DNA from: an uncultured Nitrososphaerales archaeon
GTDB lineage: Archaea > Thermoproteota > Nitrososphaeria > Nitrososphaerales > Nitrososphaeraceae
Assembly: GCA_963695855.1 (NCBI GenBank)
Contig: CAVOHZ010000010.1
Coordinates: 1,728,001-1,792,000, forward strand
DNA: 64,000 bases
Direction: 5' to 3'
Every line of letters starts with the position of its first letter. The first letter of the stretch is position 1. Both the position numbers and the translations under genes were made by a program. Of the stretch, positions 45,056 through 54,478 are shown piece after piece. The notes below the pieces were generated by a model. The model was not told the origin of the DNA and did not search any database. It saw nothing but the letters and a program-made list of their open reading frames with translations.

Positions 45056-45120
45056 GCGCCGGGAGTGGGACTCGAACCCAGAAGGAGTACACCTGGGTTT
45101 GTTCGATATCACTAGAGCAA
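45056..45120 (-). other. tRNA 3'-half att site directly upstream of and in frame with the integrase
   Basis: reverse complement GGGTTCGAGTCCCACTCCCGGCGC translates GSSPTPGA in the integrase frame; no tRNA 5' half present. Confidence 0.8.
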
Positions 45121-45326
45121 TGAATTAATGAATTATTATTTTAAAAAAAGAAAAAAATGTTGTCGATTGATATATCGGCTTATTCAACTTGTCTATTACG
45201 AAGTACCTGAAGGTAAAAAGAACGAATTTAAGACAATCTTTGAATTATTTATTAAATCTAAAAAATAAAATAACAGCATAAAAAACGAGTTCTTCATATA
45301 CTATGAAGACTAATACAGAGTAAATA

Positions 45327-45599
45327 ATGACGACAGAATTCAGTTATCATTATTTGCCATATTGTGTTGCTATTTTCTTTCTTTTTTACTCTATGTTTTT
45401 ATTGTTAGTCCACGGGGAATTTGAACAAGAAGAAGACTATTCAAACATGGATATATATGGAAACATATTTTACAACAATATTGAGGACGAAATCTTGGAC
45501 ACTGAACAACCCGTTCCAATGAATACCACAGAACTGATAGAAATAGGAAAGAATCTTACAATTATCCATAACCCTTCTACTGGAAAATATTTTCAATAA
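45327..45599 (+). CDS. secreted hypothetical protein; paralogue of 17181-17450
   Basis: near-identical protein sequence. Confidence 0.6.
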   Translation: MTTEFSYHYLPYCVAIFFLFYSMFLLLVHGEFEQEEDYSNMDIYGNIFYNNIEDEILDTEQPVPMNTTELIEIGKNLTIIHNPSTGKYFQ

Positions 45600-45724
45600 A
45601 GACAATTGATTTTATTTATAGTGTGGCTAGAAAGATTGGAGGGATTGAAGCGTTGAACTTCCGTGATATCCAGATGTGGCCGCAGATGTTATACTGAAAG
45701 GCGTCTACCTTGATTATTGTGATC

Positions 45725-45838
45725 TTAGTGGTATTCACTCACACGTTTACCGCAGTAAGTACATTTTAAAAGTCTACCGTAATTTGTAGCGTAAGACAAC
45801 TCTCGCATGTTTCCTTTATTGCATTTTTTACAGCTCAT
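45725..45838 (-). CDS. 37-aa Zn-ribbon protein
   Basis: MSCKKCNKGNMRELSYATNYGRLLKCTYCGKRVSEYH. Confidence 0.6.
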   Translation of the reverse strand: MSCKKCNKGNMRELSYATNYGRLLKCTYCGKRVSEYH

Positions 45839-46152
45839 TCTTTTTAATCCCGTCCTTGTTGTTCTTCTTGTTGTTCTCGTTCGTTGTTATCCTCTTCTTC
45901 TGTTTCATCTTTATGTTCTTGTTGAATTGATACAACTGGAATAGGGCCTTTGTCTTCTGCTGGATTGTCCACTGGTTTTTGTTGTTGCTGTTGTTCTTGC
46001 TGGTTCTTTAGTGATTGTTGTCTATATGGTGTATCGTCAAAGTATACTTGTTGTATTGGTTGCTGTTGCTGCTGTTATTCATGTAGCTTAATTATTATTT
46101 ATTTCATTTTAAAATAAAATATTTTTAATATACAAATTAATAATTATTTATC

Positions 46153-46362
46153 GTGGTAAAATCACACCCTGGAGTAGACAGTTTACTTACCAATATTAGA
46201 CGGGTTATTCCACCACGTAGAACTATGGAAATAACAGAAGAGACTTTCAAGGTATTGAAGGAACATGCATCTAAACATTATTCAAGTCCCCGTTATGACG
46301 AAGTGTTAGTTAATCTGGTCAAGTTCTATGAGAGTAATGACGGCCCAAAACATTATGATTAA
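46153..46362 (+). CDS. small RHH-like DNA-binding protein
   Basis: MEITEETFKVLK...YDEVLVNLVKFYE. Confidence 0.65.
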   Translation: MVKSHPGVDSLLTNIRRVIPPRRTMEITEETFKVLKEHASKHYSSPRYDEVLVNLVKFYESNDGPKHYD

Positions 46363-46743
46363 TGAGAAAATAAAATAAAAAAAATAAAATAAAATATTAA
46401 AGTATAAAATAATAAATAAATAAATAAATAAATTTATTTAAATAAAGTAAAACTTAAGTACTACAAGGAAAAGAAAAGAACATAGTAAACCATTTATAAA
46501 AAAGAAATTGTTTTATAGATTCTATTTGGAAATGGAACAGTTCTTCTATTTAAAATTGAAATGAATTGGTCAAAATATCACAGAATGATGATTAATAATA
46601 CATTAGTATTACTTGACTGTTATAGTTTAATATTTTAAATTGAAAAGGCTCATATAAAAAAAGGGAGAATTGAGATAGGTTATTAAATTCTATCTATAGT
46701 TTTTAGTAGGTTTATTGAGTATATTGTTCTAGTATTAGTCAAT

Positions 46744-47505
46744 CTAATTTGGTGGGAATCCAAATTCTGCTGCTAGACAATCTTCTAAGGCTTGTTGTCC
46801 TCCTACTCCTAAATCTAGCTGTGCTTGGTCTATAACATTTTGGACACCGTTTTCCAATATACCACGTGTTGGTGCAAGATCAAGTACCTGACATAGTTCT
46901 GTTAAACTATGAACTACGAATACATTTGCTACTAAAGTTATAGATATTCCTGGATTCTCTAATGTGTCTATTAGATTTTGAGCATTCTGCGCTGGGTCAG
47001 GAGAATTAGCAATTGCAGTTATAAAGCATCCTTCACATCCCTCTATCTCTATAGGTGGTCGTTGTGGGAATTGAACCTTCAGTTGATCGTTGTCATTCAC
47101 ATTTACACATATGTTTACCAGGTTCCTGTCGAAGTTTATTTTATCGAATGCATTACCATTCTGTGAATTTGCCGCGTTTGTTCCTTCTTCTCCTTCATCT
47201 GCTGCTGCTGTAGTAGCAAAATCGTCTTCAGGTATTTCGGTGATATCTACACCGTTTACATTTATGTTACTGTTCACACACTTTATTTTCTGTATATCTC
47301 CATGAGAACTCTTTTTTTCATGGTTATCATATCCGTATCTATTGTCGTCTTGGTAATAGTTGCTATCATATCCGTACTGGTGGTCTCCGTACATTTGTGC
47401 ACCTGCACTTGTAATTGTTGATGGGTTTAGAGCCAGTATACTTGTCGCTAGTATTGCTCCCAGTATAGAAGCAAAAACTATCATTCTGTTTTTATTATTG
47501 CTCAT
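46744..47505 (-). CDS. secreted paralogue: constant N-terminus plus CxxC helical domain
   Basis: family motifs; CEGCF..LC..C. Confidence 0.85.
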   Translation of the reverse strand: MSNNKNRMIVFASILGAILATSILALNPSTITSAGAQMYGDHQYGYDSNYYQDDNRYGYDNHEKKSSHGDIQKIKCVNSNINVNGVDITEIPEDDFATTAAADEGEEGTNAANSQNGNAFDKINFDRNLVNICVNVNDNDQLKVQFPQRPPIEIEGCEGCFITAIANSPDPAQNAQNLIDTLENPGISITLVANVFVVHSLTELCQVLDLAPTRGILENGVQNVIDQAQLDLGVGGQQALEDCLAAEFGFPPN

Positions 47506-47641
47506 TACCTTCTTAAATGCAAATTTATTATATCTAAGGTTAGAAGGAACGTTATCCGATTCTGTAATATTTCAAGATTCTGAATCATTGACTATAAGAA
47601 GAATAGCAATTGATTTACAAGTACAATATGAGGTATTGTAA
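47506..47641. repeat. conserved upstream repeat R4
   Basis: shared ~135 bp. Confidence 0.9.
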
Positions 47642-47720
47642 TAATATTATGTGTTGGATTATAGTAAGTTAATTAATTCAAAATAAATAAAAAAGAAAAA
47701 AAGAAATGAGGGAGTTTCTT

Positions 47721-48500
47721 CTAAAGACAAATTGGGGTAAGAGCACAATCTGGGTCTTCACAATCTATCATATCATCATCATCAATTCCATTATTACATA
47801 TTTCTATTAGTTCTAATACTCCAACCCCTACTAGACAATCCACTGTTGACGTAACTTGCTCTGGAGTTATATCAGGGAGACCTCGTAAAGCGTTCACTAC
47901 TGTTCCAGTTTCTATTGGGCCATTAGGGTTGTCTTGTAGAATTTGACATGTTTCTGTAAATGTATTTCCTAGACGAGAATTGGCCATAAAGAACTGTTCT
48001 TGTTCTGAATTTAGATTATCAGTAAAGCAATCTTCACATGTCTCTTCTTCTTCTGGCGGTGGTGGAGTAACTTTTACCTGTTCGTTGTCATTCACATTTA
48101 CACATATATTTACTAGGTTTCTCTCGAAGTTTATTCTATCTGCAAGTCCGTTACCATTTTGAGTATTTGCTCCTTCTGCTGTTCCCGCTTCATTTGCTGC
48201 TGCTGCAGTGGCAGTACTGTCTTGAGGTATTTGGGTAATATCTATACCGTTTACGTTTATGTTACTGTTCACACACTTTATTTTCTGTATATCTCCATGA
48301 GAACTCTTTTTTTGATGGTTATTGTCATAACCGTACCTATTGTCGTCTTGATAATAGTTATTATCATATCCGTATTGATTGTCGTACATTTGTGCACCTG
48401 CGTTTGTAATTGTTGATGGGTTTAGAGCGAGTATACCTGTTGCTAGTATTGCTCCCAGTATGGAAGCAAAAACTATAATTCTATTATTACTATTGCTCAT
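47721..48500 (-). CDS. secreted paralogue: constant N-terminus, CxxC helical domain and EICNNGIDDD..IDCEDPDC tail
   Basis: family motifs. Confidence 0.85.
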   Translation of the reverse strand: MSNSNNRIIVFASILGAILATGILALNPSTITNAGAQMYDNQYGYDNNYYQDDNRYGYDNNHQKKSSHGDIQKIKCVNSNINVNGIDITQIPQDSTATAAAANEAGTAEGANTQNGNGLADRINFERNLVNICVNVNDNEQVKVTPPPPEEEETCEDCFTDNLNSEQEQFFMANSRLGNTFTETCQILQDNPNGPIETGTVVNALRGLPDITPEQVTSTVDCLVGVGVLELIEICNNGIDDDDMIDCEDPDCALTPICL

Positions 48501-48636
48501 TACATTGTTAAATGCGAATTTATTATATCTATGGTTAGAAGGAACATTATCTAATCTTGTATTGTTTCAAGATTCTGAATTATTGACTATAAGAAGAATA
48601 CCAATTGATCTACAAGTACAATATGAGTTGTTATAA
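48501..48636. repeat. conserved upstream repeat R5
   Basis: shared ~135 bp. Confidence 0.9.
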
Positions 48637-48755
48637 TAATCTCAAGAATTATATTTTGTTAGTTTGTTAGTTAATTAATTGCTAAGAATTGGTACAAAAC
48701 AAAAAATAAAATAAAAAAGGGGGTTGCTCCTTTGACATGCTAATTCCCATTTATT

Positions 48756-49589
48756 TTAAGGTATCGGTGATGAGATTGTAATTGAATTTGTTGCTGTACA
48801 GGTCTGTGCTTCTCCCGCCGTTATTGTTCCTGTTGTTTGATCATTAGTAGGATTGATGACTTCATCACAATCTCCTGTAAATGATATAATAAGATTGACT
48901 ATGCGGGGGATTGGTTCGTCATGAGAGTCGTTAAAATCCTCGAATATCTCTCGTGCCTGCGTGATTATTTCTGTTACTTCATAATCACCTGGATTCAACG
49001 TTACGACTGTTCCAGTAGTAGAACCGGTAAATTGAGAAGATGGATTTGGATTGTTACCAGTCACTTGGAAAAGAAAATCACTTTCATCTAACGTTGATAG
49101 TAGGTCTTCACAATCATTTGGAAATTCGTTTGATTCTTCTGTACACTCAATTTGTTTAGCAACCGTCAAAGTCGTTTCTGGCGGTGGACTAACTTTTACC
49201 TGTTCGTTATCATTCACATTCACACATACGTTTACAAGGTTTTTCTCGAAGTTTATTTTATCAAAGCCATTTTCATTTTGTGCGTTTGCTGCCTCTGGAC
49301 CCGCTCCCTCATTTGTTGCTGCTGCAGCAGTAGCAGTAGTGTCTTCAGGTATTTGTGTGATATCTACACCGTTTACATTTATGTTACTGTTAACACACTT
49401 TATTTTCTGGATATCTCCATGAGAACTCTTTTTTTTATGGTTATTATCATATCCGTATCTGTTGTCGTCTTGGTTTCCGTACAATTCCGCTTGTGCGTTT
49501 TCTATCATCGTTGATGGGCTTAAAGCCATTAGACCTGCGGCCACTATCACTGCGATAGAAGCCAGAACTATCTTTGTCTGATGGGTCAT
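48756..49589 (-). CDS. secreted paralogue: constant N-terminus plus CnaB/prealbumin-like domain
   Basis: TLTVAK...YEVTE...CTATN. Confidence 0.85.
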   Translation of the reverse strand: MTHQTKIVLASIAVIVAAGLMALSPSTMIENAQAELYGNQDDNRYGYDNNHKKKSSHGDIQKIKCVNSNINVNGVDITQIPEDTTATAAAATNEGAGPEAANAQNENGFDKINFEKNLVNVCVNVNDNEQVKVSPPPETTLTVAKQIECTEESNEFPNDCEDLLSTLDESDFLFQVTGNNPNPSSQFTGSTTGTVVTLNPGDYEVTEIITQAREIFEDFNDSHDEPIPRIVNLIISFTGDCDEVINPTNDQTTGTITAGEAQTCTATNSITISSPIP

Positions 49590-49716
49590 TACATTGTTAA
49601 ATGCGAATTTATTATATCTATGGTTAGAAGGTACATTATCTAATCTTGTAATATTTCAAGATTTTGAATTATTGACTATAAGAAGAATAGAAAATGATGT
49701 TTAGGTAGAAAGTTAA
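49590..49716. repeat. conserved upstream repeat R6
   Basis: shared ~130 bp. Confidence 0.9.
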
Positions 49717-49830
49717 AACTCCTAGATAGAAAAAATCGTACGAGAACGACAAGTAATATGGGTTGAGTAACAATTAGACTAATTAAATTTCGTTAAAAAA
49801 AAGAAATAGAGGGTGGTTGGAGTAGGTGTT

Positions 49831-50622
49831 TTACGCTGGAGGGAAAGTACCTACATCTCTTAGACAATCAACAATCGCATCTATATCTGCCTGTTCTATA
49901 CTAGCAATACTATCAAGTTCCGATCTAAGGGCTTGTTCATTTTTGAATTGGTCAAGTATTAAACAATATCCGTCAAGATTCCGTGATGGAAATCCTGCTA
50001 AGAACGTTGCTAGATCCGCTTCTTCTTGGTCGTCTAAGATACTTGTAAAGCAGTCTTGACATGTTTCTGGGGGTGGTGGGAATAGTACTGGTAATAATGC
50101 TTTTTCGAAACAGTCAAAGAGACCTATTACAACTCTATCGATATTTGTATTTGTTTGTAATAGTACAGCATCTTCTATTATTTTCAATGCATCTACAGGA
50201 GTTACTGTTTCAGTTACAAGAGAATCAAGAGCAAGTTCTAGGTTTTTACAGATATCAAATAGTTGTGCGGTATTATACTCAGCGTTAGGTGATCCGGTCG
50301 TTAAACATGTTGCTCCCGAAACTGTTGATGTGGTATCATCTACACAATTAATACTATCAAAATTAACAAAATTTATTGCATTAATCAATGCATTAAGAAG
50401 GGTACCTGTTTGTGCAGCATTCAAGAAATGTAACCAATACTTTACACATTCTTCACATATTATTTGTTCATCCGTTAACTCAGGTGGAAGTACTGTGGGG
50501 GGATCTGCTGAAGCTTGATTAGTGGATACCTGCATTGCCGATATCGGCTTTGACATGTTCATGGTAGTTGCCAAAAAAAGCATAACTACTAGAGAGAGAC
50601 CTAAGATATTTGATTTGTGCAT
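49831..50622 (-). CDS. secreted protein with two CxxC helical domains and a different N-terminus
   Basis: signal peptide; CEEC..IC..C and CQDCF..YC..C. Confidence 0.8.
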   Translation of the reverse strand: MHKSNILGLSLVVMLFLATTMNMSKPISAMQVSTNQASADPPTVLPPELTDEQIICEECVKYWLHFLNAAQTGTLLNALINAINFVNFDSINCVDDTTSTVSGATCLTTGSPNAEYNTAQLFDICKNLELALDSLVTETVTPVDALKIIEDAVLLQTNTNIDRVVIGLFDCFEKALLPVLFPPPPETCQDCFTSILDDQEEADLATFLAGFPSRNLDGYCLILDQFKNEQALRSELDSIASIEQADIDAIVDCLRDVGTFPPA

Positions 50623-50843
50623 TGTTCTATTACTATCTTATATATATATTAATCTAGGGACACATTTTTCTCTAAATTTATGACAAAAATTATTTTCAGT
50701 CAGTTACTATAAAATAATTAAGAATATAATATAATAGAAATCTTATAAAAAGATTAAAGTTTAGATATTTCTAGTATTTTCATTAATTAAATTAATTACT
50801 AATATACTAAAAAAGAAAAAAGAGGTTTAGGTTTCTACCTATA

Positions 50844-51557
50844 TTACGCTGGCTCTACAATTATTCCCAAATCTTCCAAGCATTGTAGGATGATGTCTCG
50901 GTCCTGTTGAGATACACCTTGACTATTTAGTGTGGTGTTTAACAATTGCCATTTCTCGGTAGATGATATTGCTGTGGATGTCTCTAGAAATTCACAAAGA
51001 TCTGCAAGTGTATTTATATCTATTTCTTCTCCTGTAGCAGAATCAACAGTCTGATCAAAAATCATCAAGAAGCCTTCAAGATCTTCCTCACTTAGAATTG
51101 AAAAACAGTTTTCACATGCTTGATCTTCTTCTGGAGCAATAGTCTTTATCTGGTTGTTGTCATTCACATTTACACATATATTTACTAGGTTTTTATCGAA
51201 GTTTATTTTATCAAGTCCGTTACCATTCTCTGAATTTGATGCGTCTGTTGCTCCAGCTCCTTCATTTGTTGTTGCTAGGGCACTAGAGCCTTGAGGTATT
51301 TCTGTAATATCTATACCATTTACGTTTATGTTACTGTTTACACACTTTATTTTCTGGATATCTGTATGAGAACTCTTTGAATCTTTTTTATCATAACTAT
51401 ATCTATTGTCGTCTTGGTAATAGTTATTGTCGTGCCTGTATTGATTGTCGTACATTTGTGCCTGTGCATTTCCTACCATTGATGGATTTAGAGCCAGTAG
51501 ACCTGCGGCTACTATCACGGTGATAGAAACCAGAACTGTCTTTGTCTGATGGGTAAT
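50844..51557 (-). CDS. secreted paralogue: constant N-terminus plus CxxC helical domain (start ATG mutated to ATT)
   Basis: xTHQTKTVL N-terminus aligns with paralogues; CENCF..LC..C. Confidence 0.75.
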   Translation of the reverse strand: MTHQTKTVLVSITVIVAAGLLALNPSMVGNAQAQMYDNQYRHDNNYYQDDNRYSYDKKDSKSSHTDIQKIKCVNSNINVNGIDITEIPQGSSALATTNEGAGATDASNSENGNGLDKINFDKNLVNICVNVNDNNQIKTIAPEEDQACENCFSILSEEDLEGFLMIFDQTVDSATGEEIDINTLADLCEFLETSTAISSTEKWQLLNTTLNSQGVSQQDRDIILQCLEDLGIIVEPA

Positions 51558-51690
51558 TACACTGTTAAATACGAATTTAATATATCCAAGGTTAGAAGGA
51601 ACATTATCTAATCTTGTAATATTTTATCATGCTGAATTATTGACTATAAGAAGAATAGAAAATCATGTTAAGGTATAAAGTGAAATCCTA
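51558..51690. repeat. conserved upstream repeat R7
   Basis: shared ~130 bp, altered palindrome spacer. Confidence 0.88.
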
Positions 51691-51787
51691 GTACTGCAGC
51701 AAGTAACTAAAAATATTTATCCTAACCCTTTCTTATTTCAATCGTTGTTATGTTAGGGGAACCAGAAAACTAAATAGTCTTCATAAA

Positions 51788-51967
51788 GTGGACCAGGTTA
51801 GGGTTATTCAATTAAACGAACAGACATACCAGAGATTAAGGAATCATTTTAATGAATTTCACTGCGGACCAGAAGACTTACGCAATAATAAAGTTACTAC
51901 CTATGACGACATAATTATCAAGATATTAGACTTCGAAGAAAAAAATCGAGATAAGTCTTATTATTAG
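51788..51967 (+). CDS. small RHH-like DNA-binding protein (59 aa, below the ORF-track cutoff)
   Basis: VIQLNEQTYQRLRNH...TYDDIIIKILDFEE. Confidence 0.6.
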   Translation: MDQVRVIQLNEQTYQRLRNHFNEFHCGPEDLRNNKVTTYDDIIIKILDFEEKNRDKSYY

Positions 51968-52331
51968 TTACCAAAAAAGTTCTCTATCCTTGAACACTTA
52001 AATACGAACACTTAAATAACTGTAATGGTATATTATAATTAACACTAAAATCTCTATAATGTATTTTTGCGGCACTAACCTTATTAAATCTAATGCAGAG
52101 AGAAAAAAAGAAGTATATGACATAACCTATGGAGAATCTTCACGCCCATTTAGTGGATAACTTTCACGAACAAAATAATTGTAAGTGTTATAACAGTAGT
52201 AAATAAATAAAAAGTAGGTTATAACGTATAACCTTTGTAGTTTTTATTATCCGGTTTCTCTAATGTAGGAACCTTGACGATATTATCAGAAGACTACTGG
52301 ATTTTTATGATAGTAAGGGGAAATCACAGAA

Positions 52332-52820
52332 ATGACTACTAGAGACGACGACAATAATAACAATAACGATGAAGAACGTAAGGTAATTCTGGATGAAGAA
52401 GGTCAGGTAATAATTCTGGACCCTAAGCGTAATAAGATAATTGAATTTGTATTCGAACAGGGCGGTAAGGAAGGTAGTAGAAGAATATACATTGATGAAA
52501 AATGTCGTTGGTATTGTATAGCCGCTTCTCTGAAAGATGCGAAAGAAGGTAGGGGTAAATTCTATAAATATACTGATTTAGGCAGAAAATTATTGTTGGA
52601 AGTTTTCGCTGAATTAGATAAAACAGGTCATTTTAATGATAAAGCGATCTATAAATATACTGATTTAGGCAGAAAATTATTGTTGGAAGTTTTCGCTGAA
52701 TTAGATAAAACAGGTCATTTTAATGATAAAGCGATAGAAGAAGATTACTTCTCTGATATTGTGGTTAGAAAGTGTATTGATATGATCAAAATCAAAAAGG
52801 ACCTATCAGATCTTAAATAA
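52332..52820 (+). CDS. hypothetical protein with an internal 29-aa exact duplication
   Basis: 87-bp tandem repeat at 52561-52735. Confidence 0.6.
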   Translation: MTTRDDDNNNNNDEERKVILDEEGQVIILDPKRNKIIEFVFEQGGKEGSRRIYIDEKCRWYCIAASLKDAKEGRGKFYKYTDLGRKLLLEVFAELDKTGHFNDKAIYKYTDLGRKLLLEVFAELDKTGHFNDKAIEEDYFSDIVVRKCIDMIKIKKDLSDLK

Positions 52821-52945
52821 AATTTCAATTTTATTAAATATTTAATATTTTTTTATATGCAATATAATTTTTTAAATAGACTTTTATTCTAATCTTCTTT
52901 TATTTTCTTTGTATGGATGGTGGTGGTCCGTTACGTGGTGGCTGA

Positions 52946-53143
52946 TTGGGTAGAGTTGTAGGGGAAACAAAAGAAGGGAAATTAATTCAGATAGAAAATG
53001 AGACTTTTGAAAGGTTAAAACAACATAACCGACATTATAATCATGATGATGGGAATGTTAGTTCATTTGACGATATTATTGTTAGAATGCTAGATTTCTA
53101 CGAAGAGAATGAGAAAAATAATGAAAGATGTTATTATTTATGA
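52946..53143 (+). CDS. small RHH-like DNA-binding protein
   Basis: LIQIENETFERLK...SFDDIIVRMLDFYE. Confidence 0.65.
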   Translation: MGRVVGETKEGKLIQIENETFERLKQHNRHYNHDDGNVSSFDDIIVRMLDFYEENEKNNERCYYL

Positions 53144-53279
53144 TTATTATTATATCCATTATTCAATATCTTGAAAGGATTGAGACAGTAGAAAATTTTA
53201 TTTAGGACAAAAATGGAAACTAAAAAATAGAAATAAGAATAGTCAAAATCTTTTTTACAGAGGTGACTATCCTTATCTT

Positions 53280-53612
53280 ATGGGTAAGATATTAGAAAGT
53301 TATTTAACACGAAATAAAAAAGCATTGTTAGGTATCTTTTCAGTAGTTATACTAACAATTTTTTTGGCTCCGAAAAGTTATAGTCAAGACTGGTCAAATG
53401 ATGCAAGAAAAGCACAAACATCATTAGTAGACCAGATGAAATATCTATGTATAAAGCTGGATGAACTTTATTCAGAACTTGATCCGGATGAACTTAAAGA
53501 GGAATTGGAGGAAATGGAGGAAAAGGATATAAAACAAAAAGCAGAATGTGATAATATATTGAAATCTGTAGATTCTTTTGAAAAGAAAGCAATACTCAAG
53601 AGATACGAATAG
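53280..53612 (+). CDS. secreted/membrane-anchored hypothetical protein
   Basis: N-terminal TM segment. Confidence 0.6.
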   Translation: MGKILESYLTRNKKALLGIFSVVILTIFLAPKSYSQDWSNDARKAQTSLVDQMKYLCIKLDELYSELDPDELKEELEEMEEKDIKQKAECDNILKSVDSFEKKAILKRYE

Positions 53613-53616
53613 TCGA

Positions 53617-53810
53617 TTAGATTTGCATTCCTACATTTGCAAGCGCTGTCTTTTCTACAAAGCGTTGGATAACTCTTCCGTCTAGAACGACTGTTATATT
53701 ATTTACTATGTCTCGATCCACCACCGGCAAAAGAAGATACTTTTGATCCTGTATGATTTAATGTACCCCTAGTTAAAGGCATAACAGTCACTAATTCAAA
53801 TTTAGATTCA
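53617..53810 (-). pseudogene. possible tape-measure protein C-terminal remnant
   Basis: ELVTVMPL...NNITVVLDGRVIQRFV, with a frameshift. Confidence 0.4.
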
Positions 53811-54098
53811 TAGAAAAAAAATTAATAATTAATTAAAAAAGGTGGATGGATTAAGCCATCCATTGGAATCATAAATTTGATATAGAAATATTAAATAAAC
53901 AAAGTAGTAACAAAAGAAGGAAGAACAGCACACTTTCTACTCCTTACTTTGAACTACGCAAATGGTGCCTATTCATCTCACTATGATAATCATATTGAAA
54001 AATTAGGTATATAATATATCATGGTAACCTTTATGTACACTTAAATACTATCTATTAGTTTTTAGATTTAATGTTAGAACTTAGAACCAAATCTTGAA

Positions 54099-54245
54099 AA
54101 TAAGGTAGAAGAGCTTTTAGTCACTCAGTCTCAAGAACCTGCTGATGGAGGCGAAGGTAGTGGTGATGATTTAGTAAATAAGGTAGAAGAGCTTTTAGTC
54201 ACTCAGTCTCAAGAACCTGCTGATGGAGGCAATGGTAGTGGTGAT
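54099..54245 (+). repeat. 78-bp-period tandem duplication in an acidic ORF remnant
   Basis: AATAAGGTAGAAGAGCTTTTAGTC...GATGGAGGC occurs twice. Confidence 0.8.
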
Positions 54246-54478
54246 GATGATGATGATGATGAAACAGCAGAACCGCCAGAAAATCCTGCTTGAGATTCCT
54301 ATCAATAAGGTGCAAGAATATGCTTAGTTTACTATTAAGGCCTACAATATAAATTCCATATTTTGTTATTCCAAATACAATAGTTTGATCATCTAAAACA
54401 TGTTAGCATATTTTTATTGGAGTTCATTACTAAGAAATAAAAACTCTTCATTTCTCTTCTATTCTATTTTTTTACTAA

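Larger units (their letters stand above)
27181..45080 (-). mobile_element. integrative element A (integrase, CopG, helicase-like ATPase, primase, TerS/TerL, cargo, secreted paralogues)
   Basis: gene content, att-like fragments at both ends and synteny with element B; left boundary uncertain. Confidence 0.65.

Noticed and set aside
6381-45080. Intact tRNA genes at the GGTTCGA-containing sites
   Set aside because: Only T-arm and acceptor 3' strands are present; no D-arm, anticodon arm or 5' acceptor strand.
48501-48636. In-frame TGA readthrough (Sec-like) N-terminal extension of the paralogues
   Set aside because: The - frame has a single conserved TGA 23 codons upstream, but no start codon, non-conservative substitutions, and a good signal peptide already follows the ATG.
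27615-49514. Long + strand ORFs antisense to the secreted paralogues (FTFTHMFTRFLSKF...)
   Set aside because: Shadow frames sharing third codon positions with the real genes, broken by stops at varying positions.
46744-51557. Diversity-generating retroelement
   Set aside because: No reverse transcriptase and no adenine-specific TR/VR pair; the variation is whole-domain.
28088-51690. Repeat array as a CRISPR locus
   Set aside because: Repeats are about 135 bp, separated by whole genes, and no cas genes are present.
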